Origin: Candidatus Woesebacteria bacterium
Lineage (GTDB): Bacteria; Patescibacteriota; Microgenomatia; UBA8517
Direction: 5' to 3'
DNA length: 64,000 nucleotides
Assembly: GCA_016700095.1 (NCBI GenBank)
Contig: CP065002.1
Location: 496,463-560,462, forward strand
Shown here: in pieces, positions 9,523-19,209 of the stretch
Numbering within the stretch: the first letter of the stretch is position 1
Layout: each line of letters opens with the position of its first letter
Program-made: the position numbers and the translations under genes
Notes under the pieces: model-generated
The model's input: only the letters and a program-made list of their open reading frames with translations
Database searches by the model: none
Told to the model about the DNA's origin: nothing

Positions 9523-10251
9523 ATGGATAATTTAATTAACGAATTAGAAAAGATTCGGGGAAAAACTTTGCTTGTTTGCTATCCTCATCCGGACGATGAA
9601 ACGATGATCTCGGGAGGTCTTCTTCGTGAAGCAAAAAAGTATGATATCAAAACTGTTGTGCTGGTATTAACCCAGGGCGGTGAGGGGAAAATGCATATTC
9701 ATCCAAGAGGAAAATCTGTCAAAGAAGTTAGAACCAAAGAACTTAATAGTGCTATGACCAAATTAAAAGTTGATAAAGTGATATTGGAAAATTACCCCGA
9801 CGCTTATTTGCGGGATTGCAAAGATCTCTGGACAAAAAAGCTAACACGACAAATCAGAGAATTAAAGCCTGCTATGGTGGTTACGTATGATCATTCGGGG
9901 ATTACCGGTAATCCGGATCATATCGTATTGTCACTTGAATTAACGAGAATAATTTCTTCTATGAAGAAAAATGCAAGGCCAATTTTCTACTTTGCGACAT
10001 TGGATTTGGAAAATAAACCGCTTGTGTCAAGATACATGTGTTCAGAAGTATTGCCTTATGTGTCAAAAGCAACAAGCTTTTTGAAGATCAATATTGTCAG
10101 AAAAATATTGACAGCGCGAGTGTACAAAAGTCAAAATGTGATGAATTTAAAAACAGCGCTTTACTATCTGATTTTTCTACGTAAGGAATGGTATCATAAA
10201 GTAGATTTTGACAAAACATATCCCTTTAAATATGTCCCTTTCAAACTCTAA
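9523..10251 (+). CDS. PIG-L/LmbE family N-acetylglucosaminyl deacetylase
   Basis: N-terminal LLVCYPHPDDETMISGG (HPDDE zinc-binding signature of the LmbE/PIG-L family). Confidence 0.8.
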   Translation: MDNLINELEKIRGKTLLVCYPHPDDETMISGGLLREAKKYDIKTVVLVLTQGGEGKMHIHPRGKSVKEVRTKELNSAMTKLKVDKVILENYPDAYLRDCKDLWTKKLTRQIRELKPAMVVTYDHSGITGNPDHIVLSLELTRIISSMKKNARPIFYFATLDLENKPLVSRYMCSEVLPYVSKATSFLKINIVRKILTARVYKSQNVMNLKTALYYLIFLRKEWYHKVDFDKTYPFKYVPFKL

Positions 10252-10255
10252 ATAC

Positions 10256-11695
10256 ATGCAGATATTTAATTCTTTATCAAGAAAACTGGAAGTATTTACT
10301 CCTCTTGGAGAAGGTGCTGTGGGACTGTATACCTGTGGGCCAACCGTTTACGATTTTGTAACGATAGGTAATTGGAGGACATATGCACTTGGTGATTTGG
10401 TTGTCAGAACGCTCGGCTATTTGGGATTTACGACAAAGTACATCATGAACATAACCGATGTCGGGCACTTGACGGGCGACAACGAAGGCGATGCCAGTAT
10501 TGGTGAAGACCGACTGGAAAAAGGTGCAAAAAGAGAAAATAAAACAGCATGGGAAATTGCTGATTTTTATGCTAAAGATTTTTTGAAGGGTTTTGACGAG
10601 TTGAATTTGACTCATCCAATTAGATTCACAAAAGCCACCGACTATATACAAGAACAAATTGAATTAGTTAAAAGAATCGAAACAAAAGGCTATACATATG
10701 AAATACTTGATGATGGAATATATTTTGATATTAAAAAATATGAACGTGACGGATATAGTTATGGTGATCTTTCAAACCTTGATGTAAGAAAAGAAGGGGC
10801 AAGAGTGAAGATCAATCCCGGGAGGAAAGACCCTAGGGATTTTGCTCTTTGGAAATATTCACCAAAGGGAGTTAAGCGCCACATGGAATGGGAAAGCCCA
10901 TGGGGAATTGGATTTCCCGGTTGGCACATTGAATGTTCGGCTATGAGCATGAAGTATTTAGGTGAACAATTTGATATTCATATTGGTGGAGAAGATTTAA
11001 AAAGCACTCATCACCCAAATGAAATAGCTCAAAGTGAAGCTGCAACCGGTAAAATACCGTATGTCAAATATTGGATTCACGGTGCGTTTTTGCTTATCGA
11101 TGGTGGGCGCATGGGGAAAAGTTTACATAACGCATATACACTCACTGACATAGGCAAGAAGGGATTTAGCCCGATGGATGTAAGATATTTTTATTTAACC
11201 GGTCACTACCGCAAGAAACTCAACTTTACCTGGGAAGCGCTCGAGGCGGCCAGAAACTCACGCCAGAAATTAGTCGAACAAGTACGAGCAGCAAAAAAAC
11301 AAACAGCAAGAACTGTGATGTCTGAGGAAAAGAATCAGAAAGTGCACTTGTTTCAAAATGATTTTAAAAACGCTATCTCTGAGGATTTCAACATGCCTCA
11401 GGCCTTAAGCGTCTTTTGGTCGATGCTAAAAAGCAATATTCCTTCAGAGGATAAATATGATCTTGCTGTTAGCTTTGATGATGTGCTTGGTTTGAATATC
11501 CGCAAGTCGATCGAAGAATCAGAAAGAAATCCCGTGGATATCCCTGATGTTGTTAATGCCTTGGCGCAAAAAAGAGAGGATTTTAGGAAAAGGGGAGACT
11601 TCACACAAGCCGATGAGGTGAGAAAAGAGATTGAATCTGCTGGTTTTGATATCAAAGATTCTTCTGATGGCTACAAACTCAAAAAGATTCGTTAA
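10256..11695 (+). CDS. cysS: cysteinyl-tRNA synthetase
   Basis: Class I aaRS: HIGH-region context CGPTVYDFVTIGNWRTY, Zn/Cys-binding region and KMSKS-like RMGKSLHN. Start taken at ATG 10256 (MQIFNSLSRK...) rather than the upstream ATG 10208. Confidence 0.9.
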   Translation: MQIFNSLSRKLEVFTPLGEGAVGLYTCGPTVYDFVTIGNWRTYALGDLVVRTLGYLGFTTKYIMNITDVGHLTGDNEGDASIGEDRLEKGAKRENKTAWEIADFYAKDFLKGFDELNLTHPIRFTKATDYIQEQIELVKRIETKGYTYEILDDGIYFDIKKYERDGYSYGDLSNLDVRKEGARVKINPGRKDPRDFALWKYSPKGVKRHMEWESPWGIGFPGWHIECSAMSMKYLGEQFDIHIGGEDLKSTHHPNEIAQSEAATGKIPYVKYWIHGAFLLIDGGRMGKSLHNAYTLTDIGKKGFSPMDVRYFYLTGHYRKKLNFTWEALEAARNSRQKLVEQVRAAKKQTARTVMSEEKNQKVHLFQNDFKNAISEDFNMPQALSVFWSMLKSNIPSEDKYDLAVSFDDVLGLNIRKSIEESERNPVDIPDVVNALAQKREDFRKRGDFTQADEVRKEIESAGFDIKDSSDGYKLKKIR

Positions 11696-11770
11696 ACGTT
11701 TTAGTTGTGATTTTTGACCCAATATAATCAAATTGACTTTGGTTGGTGTTAACTTGCATACTAATAAGTA

Positions 11771-12490
11771 ATGACGACCCTCAAAAAACTTATCTTCACT
11801 AGCCTTATTATGCTGGTATTTGTCTATCTTTGCGTACTTACATTGGGCATGTATGTTTTGAAAAAAGATGTTGATTTGCTCAAACATACTAAACCGTACA
11901 AGAATGTTGGAAATTTAATTTCCTGGCAGGAATCTAACTCAGAAGATTTTTCGCAAGCAACCGATTCAGGAAAGATTGGAATTACGGAAATTACTCGAAA
12001 TTCCCAAGATAATCGCTTTAGTATTAAAGACTGTGTTGATTGCAATGAAGCAATTTTGGAGATGATCGATTCTGCCGAAAGCAATAATACTGTCAGTGTT
12101 GTGGACGCGCCGAACGTCAAAACACAGACCTCATATATACCACTTGGAAGTAGTGCCGGGTCAACGAGCACGAATTGGTTTACGATAAATGACGCATCTA
12201 GCTATATCGATCTGAAAAATGATTTCAACATGGATGCGTATGTAACTTTTGAGGCATCTCTTAAGGTGTTACATGGTAATGGGCAGGCATTTGCACGGTT
12301 GTGGGACGACACAAACAAAATTGCCGTGACGGGTAGCGAAATATCAACAAGCAATAATGCTGATTTCCAGCATGTTAAAAGTACACGGATTTATTTATGG
12401 AATGGTAATAATAACTACAAGGTTCAGATAAAATCACTTAATGGATACGAAGTGACAATATCCGATTCCAAAGTTAAAATTGTTTATTAA
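11771..12490 (+). CDS. hypothetical exported/membrane-anchored protein (N-terminal TM helix)
   Basis: ORF with N-terminal hydrophobic helix LIFTSLIMLVFVYLCVLTLGMYVL; no known domain. Confidence 0.5.
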   Translation: MTTLKKLIFTSLIMLVFVYLCVLTLGMYVLKKDVDLLKHTKPYKNVGNLISWQESNSEDFSQATDSGKIGITEITRNSQDNRFSIKDCVDCNEAILEMIDSAESNNTVSVVDAPNVKTQTSYIPLGSSAGSTSTNWFTINDASSYIDLKNDFNMDAYVTFEASLKVLHGNGQAFARLWDDTNKIAVTGSEISTSNNADFQHVKSTRIYLWNGNNNYKVQIKSLNGYEVTISDSKVKIVY

Positions 12491-13152
12491 TGAAAAAATA
12501 CGGAGCAATATTTGATTTGGATGGAACGATTGTCGACGACGATTTTATCTACGGCAATGCCTTCAGCCAAGTTCTAAAAAAATTGGGTGCGAAAAACGTT
12601 CCCGACATACCCCACACCGGAGGTATTGGCATTGATGAAAATTGGCCTATTCTTTTTGATAAATACAAGATAACAACACAACACAGTATCGAGGACTTGT
12701 CGGCACTCGTAACAGATTATTTTTTAGCACATGTAAAACTGGCGCGAATAAAAAGGGGATTTATCTCCTTTGCTCACGACCTTGGTGAATCCGATTTTGC
12801 AATTGCCCTGGCGACAAGTACGACATGGAGTATTGCCGATGCGTTAATCAGCACCCTAGATTTACAGGGAGTCTTTGAAAGTATTACAACAGGCGAGGAA
12901 GTAGGAAATAAAAAGCCTTCTCCCGAGATTTTTAATTTGGCAGCCGACAAAATATCTGTTCCGGCAAAACAGTGTGTAGTCTTTGAAGATTCAGCGGCGG
13001 GAGTTGAAGCTGGTCTTAGTGCAGGTATGATGGTTGTGGGTGTCTATAAAGACGAAATTCGTAAAGAAGCTTTGTCGGGTGCGCACAAACTTATTCATGA
13101 TTTTGATTTAATATCAGTCGAAGAGGTGTTAGCGTTATTTAGCGATAAGTAG
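12490..13152 (+). CDS. HAD-superfamily hydrolase (beta-phosphoglucomutase-like subfamily IA)
   Basis: Motif I FDLDGTIVDD at the N-terminus and later HAD motifs (KKPSPEIF, FEDSAAGVEAG). Confidence 0.85.
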   Translation: MKKYGAIFDLDGTIVDDDFIYGNAFSQVLKKLGAKNVPDIPHTGGIGIDENWPILFDKYKITTQHSIEDLSALVTDYFLAHVKLARIKRGFISFAHDLGESDFAIALATSTTWSIADALISTLDLQGVFESITTGEEVGNKKPSPEIFNLAADKISVPAKQCVVFEDSAAGVEAGLSAGMMVVGVYKDEIRKEALSGAHKLIHDFDLISVEEVLALFSDK

Positions 13153-13155
13153 ACT

Positions 13156-14046
13156 TTGCAGAGCTTACCAACAATGCTAAGATTATACAAGATGAAAAGA
13201 ATTATCCTCGGAGTGGTGTTAATCATAAGTTTGTGTGTTTTCTATCCGGGAGACTTGTATGCCCAAGAAGCGGAAATACCTACAGGTACGGCGTATGAAA
13301 TTGCTTTCAATGACTACACCCTTAGTCTTGAGGCATACAACAAGGCGCATGAAAAGTATGTACTTGCTCGTGCACAATATTTGAGATTTGATACTCTGAC
13401 GGCAAGAAATGAAGCCAAAGAAGCGACTCAAAATATGTTATCTGCCCGTGATGATGTGATAATAAAATATTTAAACTCGGTTGTCGAAAGATTGCAAGAA
13501 ACCGAAGGAATTAATCAGGAGGCGAGAGTAAGAGTAATAACCGAACTGGAAAATGAAATTTCTTGGTTCGAGGATCATAAAGCCGGTCTTGTTGGTGCCG
13601 GATCTTTGGATGATCTAAAAAGCGATTCCGACGAAGCGGCCAAACGTTATAATGTACTTGGACAACTAGCGTACGAAGCCGTTTCTTTTGTCCCCTTGGG
13701 GAGAGTAACGAAATTCCAAGAAAGACTTAACGAGAATTTTCTTGCCGTTAAAGATAGAGTTGCAAGTATTCGATCCGAAGAAAGAAAAGAATATCAACTT
13801 ACAAAAAGAGATTTGGAGAGTATTGACAACTGGATTTTTGAGACCGAACAAAGAATTGCTCGTGGAAATGTTAAGTACAACAAGGCGCAACCTATAATAA
13901 ATACAATTCGAAATAAAAAAAGCTCAAACAACTCATCGCTGGGTAAATACAATCAAGTTGTGGCCCAACTTGATTTAAGTAAACTTGATTACAAAGATGC
14001 GAGTTTGTCTATTCGAGAAATTATTAAAGTTATAAAAACAGACTAA
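13156..14046 (+). CDS. hypothetical secreted coiled-coil protein
   Basis: Signal-peptide-like N-terminus (probable start MKRIILGVVLIISLCVF at 13192) and a long helical/charged body; its stop shares one nucleotide with the next ATG (TAATG). Confidence 0.5.
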   Translation: MQSLPTMLRLYKMKRIILGVVLIISLCVFYPGDLYAQEAEIPTGTAYEIAFNDYTLSLEAYNKAHEKYVLARAQYLRFDTLTARNEAKEATQNMLSARDDVIIKYLNSVVERLQETEGINQEARVRVITELENEISWFEDHKAGLVGAGSLDDLKSDSDEAAKRYNVLGQLAYEAVSFVPLGRVTKFQERLNENFLAVKDRVASIRSEERKEYQLTKRDLESIDNWIFETEQRIARGNVKYNKAQPIINTIRNKKSSNNSSLGKYNQVVAQLDLSKLDYKDASLSIREIIKVIKTD

Positions 14047-14672
14047 TGGAAACTACTAGTGATATGAAAAACGATTTGGATATTAAGGATCCTGATTTGG
14101 TACAACCGATAAATAACGCATCTCGAGGCGGCCCGCCCGATGGTTTTAGTGCCATCAACCCCGTATTTTTTAATACGGTGGTAGCTTTTGTTAACTTACT
14201 AAAAACCAAAAAAGCTTTACTTTTTGGTAAGTTAAAGAGGGTTACACCTTCTGACAAAGCGGATGCCAAGGTTGTTTCTAATCCCCAGGTTGGTAGTTTA
14301 CCCAAAGCTACTCAAGGCGCCGAAGTACAAGACACGCCCAAAAAACGAGTAAATAAAAATAGTATTAAGAAACTGGCGGTTGTTATCTTTGTTCTATTTG
14401 TTGTGACCGGCTTAATCTATACGGGAACGAAGCTGTTTGACAACATTACCGAAGAGCAAGTGGGGGGAAATACTGAAATTGTAAATACACCAGGTGATCC
14501 GACTCCGACTCCGAGTGACACAAAACCTAGTGTACCCTCTGTATATAATGATGATGAAATTCTAAACCAGCTTGAGAAGGATATGCTAATTCTAGATCAA
14601 GAATTGACAACATCGGTATTAAAAGAATCATCCCTTGATCTACCCATACTCGATTTTAATATTAGTTTTTGA
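14046..14672 (+). CDS. hypothetical membrane protein (single central TM helix)
   Basis: ORF translationally coupled to the preceding gene; TM segment LAVVIFVLFVVTGLIYTG; Pro/Thr-rich segment. Confidence 0.45.
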   Translation: METTSDMKNDLDIKDPDLVQPINNASRGGPPDGFSAINPVFFNTVVAFVNLLKTKKALLFGKLKRVTPSDKADAKVVSNPQVGSLPKATQGAEVQDTPKKRVNKNSIKKLAVVIFVLFVVTGLIYTGTKLFDNITEEQVGGNTEIVNTPGDPTPTPSDTKPSVPSVYNDDEILNQLEKDMLILDQELTTSVLKESSLDLPILDFNISF

Positions 14673-14691
14673 GTATATTAAACCAATTTCT

Positions 14692-15243
14692 ATGAAGAAA
14701 CTACAAGTTGCTGTTGTATTGGGGACAAATCGGATGGGTAACCAGTCAACACGAGTTGCCCAACTCATAAAGCGGGTGGGGGATGAATTTGGCGAAATTT
14801 CTACAAAGTATTTTGATGCAGGTAGTTATAATATTCCGCATGATGGAGACACAGAAAGTGTAAAAATTGCCGAGTACTCCCAATTAACCAAAGAATCAGA
14901 TGCTTTTATTTTTGTTGTACCTGAATATAACCACTCATTTCCGGGTTCGTTTAAAACGCTATTTGATACAGAGTATCAAAATTATCTGCATAAACCGGCA
15001 ACCCTTGCCGGTGTCTCAAATGGTCCGTGGGGAGGTACGCGAGCTGTTGAGGCACTGATTGCTCCACTTCGTACAACCGGTTTAATTATATCCAAGAAGG
15101 ACTTGTATTTTCCCGATGTGATCAATATGTTTGACGAAAGCGGTGATCTCAAAGAGGAATCTAGTATAAGACGAATACACGAAGCATACAAAGAACTTAT
15201 CTGGCTTGCGAGGACTTTGGCGTGGGGAAGACAACACTCGTAA
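14692..15243 (+). CDS. NAD(P)H-dependent FMN reductase family flavoprotein
   Basis: VVLGTNRMGNQSTRVAQ... and FVVPEYNHSFPGSFKTLFD are typical of the NADPH-dependent FMN reductase/flavodoxin-like fold; start chosen at ATG 14692. Confidence 0.75.
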   Translation: MKKLQVAVVLGTNRMGNQSTRVAQLIKRVGDEFGEISTKYFDAGSYNIPHDGDTESVKIAEYSQLTKESDAFIFVVPEYNHSFPGSFKTLFDTEYQNYLHKPATLAGVSNGPWGGTRAVEALIAPLRTTGLIISKKDLYFPDVINMFDESGDLKEESSIRRIHEAYKELIWLARTLAWGRQHS

Positions 15244-15319
15244 AATCGTGTTGGCGAATTTACTTTGACTTACTTGCGGTAGTGTTTGAAGATATATTTA
15301 TATTTTACTAATCGCAATA

Positions 15320-15352
15320 CCACGTGAGTTGTCGCGTGGAAGGTGTTTTTTG
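15320..15352 (+). terminator. possible weak intrinsic terminator (ccacg-N10-cgtgg + GTTTTTTG)
   Basis: Short stem followed by a T-run downstream of the FMN reductase gene; weak stem. Confidence 0.3.
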
Positions 15353-15431
15353 TCCTACCGCCGACGGGCTTAAAAAAAGTTGCCTCTGACTTAGTTAAAA
15401 AAAGTTACCACTGACTTTGGTTCGTGGAGTA

Positions 15432-15716
15432 TTATTTTGTCGTTTCGTACCACTTGTAGAGGTTGGCGGCGTATTGATTGGTTTTTGAAAGTTCGTCGAT
15501 AAAAATATCTCTAATCTCAGTCGATTTTATTTTATGTGCGTTTTTTAAAGCAATAACTAAAACGCGGTCGCGAATAATATCGGCAATTCTAGACGCTTCT
15601 TCATCGGACAAACCGGTTGCCTTGGCAATTCTTGTAAACTTTTGTGTTTCGAGAACTTCTTCGGAATTATCCCTTTTAATTACTAGTATTTCTTTTTTGT
15701 CGTGTATATTGTCCAT
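15432..15716 (-). CDS. stand-alone ATP-cone domain protein (no NrdR zinc ribbon)
   Basis: 94 aa; LVIKRDNSEEVLETQKF...EEASRIADIIRDRV...STEIRDIFIDEL resembles the ATP-cone regulatory domain of NrdR/NrdA; no Cys residues. Confidence 0.6.
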   Translation of the reverse strand: MDNIHDKKEILVIKRDNSEEVLETQKFTRIAKATGLSDEEASRIADIIRDRVLVIALKNAHKIKSTEIRDIFIDELSKTNQYAANLYKWYETTK

Positions 15717-15884
15717 CTAGTCATATGTTACCAAATATAGCGTAATAATTATACCAACATCGTTAACGTTTACTAGCCAACTAATATCACAACCTTAACT
15801 TAACAAAGTATTGGCATTCGGTTGTTAATGATCGTTTATTAGTCAACCGTAAATTTATTAAAATAATAAGGAGTTAAATTTCAC

Positions 15885-16235
15885 TTACTTGAGGTCAATT
15901 TTTTTCAAATAGAAGCTATCTTTTCCCGTTGGGGCATAACTGACCTTGATGCCAATGTGATCAATTAAAGGAAAATAATTTTTTACCTCCATTTGAAATT
16001 TTTCTGCCAATTTGGGGGTATATTGCGAGTAGCCGCCTTTTTCCGATTGCTTGCACAATTTATCTTCCCAGTCATGGATGATATCGAGCACGATTGCACC
16101 TTCTTGGTTAAATTGATCTTGTAATTTGTCGGGGTCTTTCGTGTAGGCATCGTGAAGAATTTGGAAAGAATCAAACACCTTTTTGTGTTGTTCCAGCATC
16201 CTGTCGACGTATTCTTTGTATTTAGTTTTAGCCAT
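15885..16235 (-). CDS. hypothetical protein (116 aa)
   Basis: ORF upstream of and co-oriented with the ATP-cone gene; no recognisable motif. Confidence 0.45.
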   Translation of the reverse strand: MAKTKYKEYVDRMLEQHKKVFDSFQILHDAYTKDPDKLQDQFNQEGAIVLDIIHDWEDKLCKQSEKGGYSQYTPKLAEKFQMEVKNYFPLIDHIGIKVSYAPTGKDSFYLKKIDLK

Positions 16236-16386
16236 GTAAAAGTAATTACCTACAAAATATTAATGTGTAATTATTCGAATTACAAGTCTTGACAAGAGTA
16301 CAAGCTTTATATAACAACACAATCTGTATAGAAAGTAATCGGACTTCCTTACTAAACACTTCCTATATTTGATAACATAATGTTAC

Positions 16387-17937
16387 ATGGATCTGCCCGG
16401 CGAAAAGATTAGTAATTTGGACGTGCTGCAAAAAGTAGTTACTCTGGCGGCGGAAATGTTTACATGTCAGTTTGCCGCAATTAGCAATGTAGACCAAAAT
16501 AACGAAGTTGTTGTTGTCAGTGTTGGTCTTACTACTAGCCTGATTCCTCTTAATTTATCCTTGTCCAAATATATATTTAAAGGAAACGGCATATTTATTT
16601 TTGATAATAGTGGAAAGTATGTAAGCGAACCTAAGCCGAGTGTAAAATTTTATGCGGGTATTGCGTTGGAAAGTAAACAGAATATGGCAATGTGTTTGTG
16701 GATTGCCGATAAGAATAAAAGGGGATTTACGAAAGAGGATGATGATAAATTACTAAATCTGTCGCATATTGCAAGATACATAATCAAACAATCTAGTGAG
16801 TTATCTGCCCTGGATGCTAAAAGACTTATCGACATTCAACGGCAATTATTTTTGTCAAATCGCCAACTTGCCGAAACCGACGCCAGGCGTAAAGCAATCC
16901 TCGAGAGTATTGGAGATGGAGTGAGTAGTATAAACGACAAGGGAGAAATTATTTATGTAAATCCGTCATTGGAAAATCTGACCGGTTGGTCGTCTAATGA
17001 CCTGGTGGGTAAACAATTGGTTCGTGCGATTGAATTTGAAAAGGAAGATGGAAGTGTTGTACCGATCGAAGAACGGCCGATCAGAAATGCCTTGTACAGC
17101 AATGAAAAGGTGACAAATCAATCATATTACTGTAGACGAAAAAACGGTTCGCGATTTGCCGCATCGGTTACTGCCACCCCCGTTAATCTTTTCGGACAAG
17201 TGTTTGGCGGGGTTAGTATAATGCGGGACATTTCCAAGGAGAAAGATATTGACAAAATGAAAACGGAATTTATTTCACTGTCGTCCCATCAGCTTCGCAC
17301 ACCTTTGTCGTCAATGAAGTGGTTCACGGAAATACTTCTTGATGGCGATGCCGGTGATTTAACTGATAAACAAAAAGAGCTGATTATAGAAATTCAATCA
17401 GCCAATGAGAGAATGATACAGCTGGTTAATACATTACTTAATATTTCCAGAATCGAATCAGGTAAATTGGTGGTTGAACCCGTATCAACAGACATTGAAG
17501 AGTTGGTGAAAGATATCATAAAAGAATTGACTGCGGTTAGCGAGGAGAGAAAGGTGAAAATTAACCTCTCGACGGTAAACGACTTACCGAACATAACGAT
17601 TGATCCCAAGCTAGTAAGACAAGCGTATTCGAATTTAATTTCAAATGCAATCAAATATAGTCATGAAGGTGGCGTTATACAGGTTAAACTGGGTATTTCA
17701 GGAAACGAATTTATTTCTGAAATATCAGATAATGGATTGGGAATTCCTCAAGGTGATTACGATAAAGTATTTTCCAAGTTTTTCCGTGCCAGCAATGTAG
17801 TGTCGGTGGTAACCGAGGGGACGGGTTTGGGTTTGTATTTGGTTAAATCAATCGTCGAGGTTTCGGGTGGAAAAATATGGTTTAAAAGCTGTGAAGGAGA
17901 GGGAACGACATTTACATTTGTACTACCCGTTCGGTAA
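16387..17937 (+). CDS. sensor histidine kinase (GAF + PAS + HisKA + HATPase_c)
   Basis: H-box SSHQLRTPLSSMKWFTEILLDG, then the N-box (LISNAIKYS) and G-boxes (DNGLGIP, GTGLGLYLV); upstream PAS-like (ILESIGDGVSSINDKGEIIYVNP) and GAF-like regions. Confidence 0.9.
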   Translation: MDLPGEKISNLDVLQKVVTLAAEMFTCQFAAISNVDQNNEVVVVSVGLTTSLIPLNLSLSKYIFKGNGIFIFDNSGKYVSEPKPSVKFYAGIALESKQNMAMCLWIADKNKRGFTKEDDDKLLNLSHIARYIIKQSSELSALDAKRLIDIQRQLFLSNRQLAETDARRKAILESIGDGVSSINDKGEIIYVNPSLENLTGWSSNDLVGKQLVRAIEFEKEDGSVVPIEERPIRNALYSNEKVTNQSYYCRRKNGSRFAASVTATPVNLFGQVFGGVSIMRDISKEKDIDKMKTEFISLSSHQLRTPLSSMKWFTEILLDGDAGDLTDKQKELIIEIQSANERMIQLVNTLLNISRIESGKLVVEPVSTDIEELVKDIIKELTAVSEERKVKINLSTVNDLPNITIDPKLVRQAYSNLISNAIKYSHEGGVIQVKLGISGNEFISEISDNGLGIPQGDYDKVFSKFFRASNVVSVVTEGTGLGLYLVKSIVEVSGGKIWFKSCEGEGTTFTFVLPVR

Positions 17938-17980
17938 TGGTTAATAGTAAGTTTCTCGGTGTTATAATAAATAATAAGTC

Positions 17981-18352
17981 ATGACAAAAATATTAGTTGT
18001 TGAGGATGATAAGAGTTTGTTGAAGGCCTATGAATTTACATTGTCTTCAAAAGGTTTCGAAGTGCGACTGGCTGAGAATGGACAAGTTGCCCTAGATATT
18101 TTAGCATCATATATCCCGGACATTATTATCCTTGATCTTGTTATGCCAATTATGGACGGATTTACACTTCTGGTAAAAATTAAAGAGAATGCCGATTTAA
18201 AAAATATTCCGGTTTTAGTGGTAACAAATCTTGCACAATCGGAAGATATATTGAAAGCGATGAAAATGGGGGCAAGCGATTATTTAATTAAAACCGATTT
18301 TTCAACACGTGATTTAGTCGAAAAAATTGGTGAGTACGTTACTAGTAATTAA
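17981..18352 (+). CDS. response regulator, receiver domain only (CheY-like)
   Basis: KILVVEDDKSLL..., phospho-acceptor context IIILDLVMPIMDG, conserved Lys in DYLIK; 123 aa with no output domain. Confidence 0.9.
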   Translation: MTKILVVEDDKSLLKAYEFTLSSKGFEVRLAENGQVALDILASYIPDIIILDLVMPIMDGFTLLVKIKENADLKNIPVLVVTNLAQSEDILKAMKMGASDYLIKTDFSTRDLVEKIGEYVTSN

Positions 18353-18451
18353 TAGACAACCTTCAATACATGTTGTTATGGCTTCTCGTTTTTTTATGTT
18401 TACTTAAAAAGCTTAAAAGGATTTATCTTTTTCCAATTATTCTCGTTAAGT

Positions 18452-18483
18452 CTAAAATCACTGATTTCAATCAGTGATTTTAG
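18452..18483. repeat. perfect 14-bp inverted repeat hairpin (ctaaaatcactgat-ttca-atcagtgattttag)
   Basis: Read directly from the sequence; no T-run follows. Confidence 0.8.
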
Positions 18484-18510
18484 ATCGAATCCTTATTGAG
18501 AAGACGGATA

Positions 18511-18530
18511 CTACCGACTTTTGTCGGTAG
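18511..18530. repeat. 8-bp inverted repeat hairpin (ctaccgac-tttt-gtcggtag)
   Basis: Read directly from the sequence, about 30 nt downstream of the first hairpin. Confidence 0.7.
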
Positions 18531-18579
18531 AGGACGTCATTTCAAGTCGTTAAATCGTAAATGTTGATATAATCGACTT

Positions 18580-19113
18580 GTGAAAATTGTTTTATATATT
18601 TTAACTGGACTAATATCATTTACATTTTTTTATAATGCAGTACGGATAGTACGTACCGGGAGAAATGATAATTGGACTAGTCAAAATAATGAAATTGTGC
18701 AAACTCCGAGTATTACACCATTCCCCACACTCGTAACCGAATTACCTACAATAACGCCAATACCAACGGTAAAACCAAGTATTCCAATACCGTCACCGAC
18801 AATTGTTTTGCAACCTAGTATTAAACCTGAAATAATTCACGGATTCATCGAACGATTTGCCGGTCAATATGCAGTTGACCCCAATGTTTTGCGCCACATC
18901 GCAACATGTGAATCGGGATTTAGACCGGAAGCGATTAATGGAAATTATGCCGGTCTATTTCAATTCAGTTCGAATACCTGGATAAAGTACAGACAATTAA
19001 TGGGTGAAGATACGGATACAACTCTTCGGACAAATGCTGAAGAAGCAGTGCAAACCGGAGCATATGTTTTGTCGATTGGAAGGGGAGATATTTGGCCAAA
19101 CTGTAATCCCTGA
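18580..19113 (+). CDS. Rpf-like transglycosylase-domain protein (resuscitation-promoting-factor family), membrane anchored
   Basis: GTG start; N-terminal TM helix, Pro/Thr-rich linker and C-terminal ATCESGFRPEAINGNYAGLFQFSSNTW, which matches the Rpf/transglycosylase-like signature (CESGG...GL(F/L)QFS..TW). Confidence 0.7.
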   Translation: MKIVLYILTGLISFTFFYNAVRIVRTGRNDNWTSQNNEIVQTPSITPFPTLVTELPTITPIPTVKPSIPIPSPTIVLQPSIKPEIIHGFIERFAGQYAVDPNVLRHIATCESGFRPEAINGNYAGLFQFSSNTWIKYRQLMGEDTDTTLRTNAEEAVQTGAYVLSIGRGDIWPNCNP

Positions 19114-19209
19114 CGATTATAAATAAGTGATCCGAAAATCTCTACTCTTTAGTCAATTGAATTAGTAAATAATATAGACATCGAGCAGTAGATCTATATA
19201 ATAATCAAT

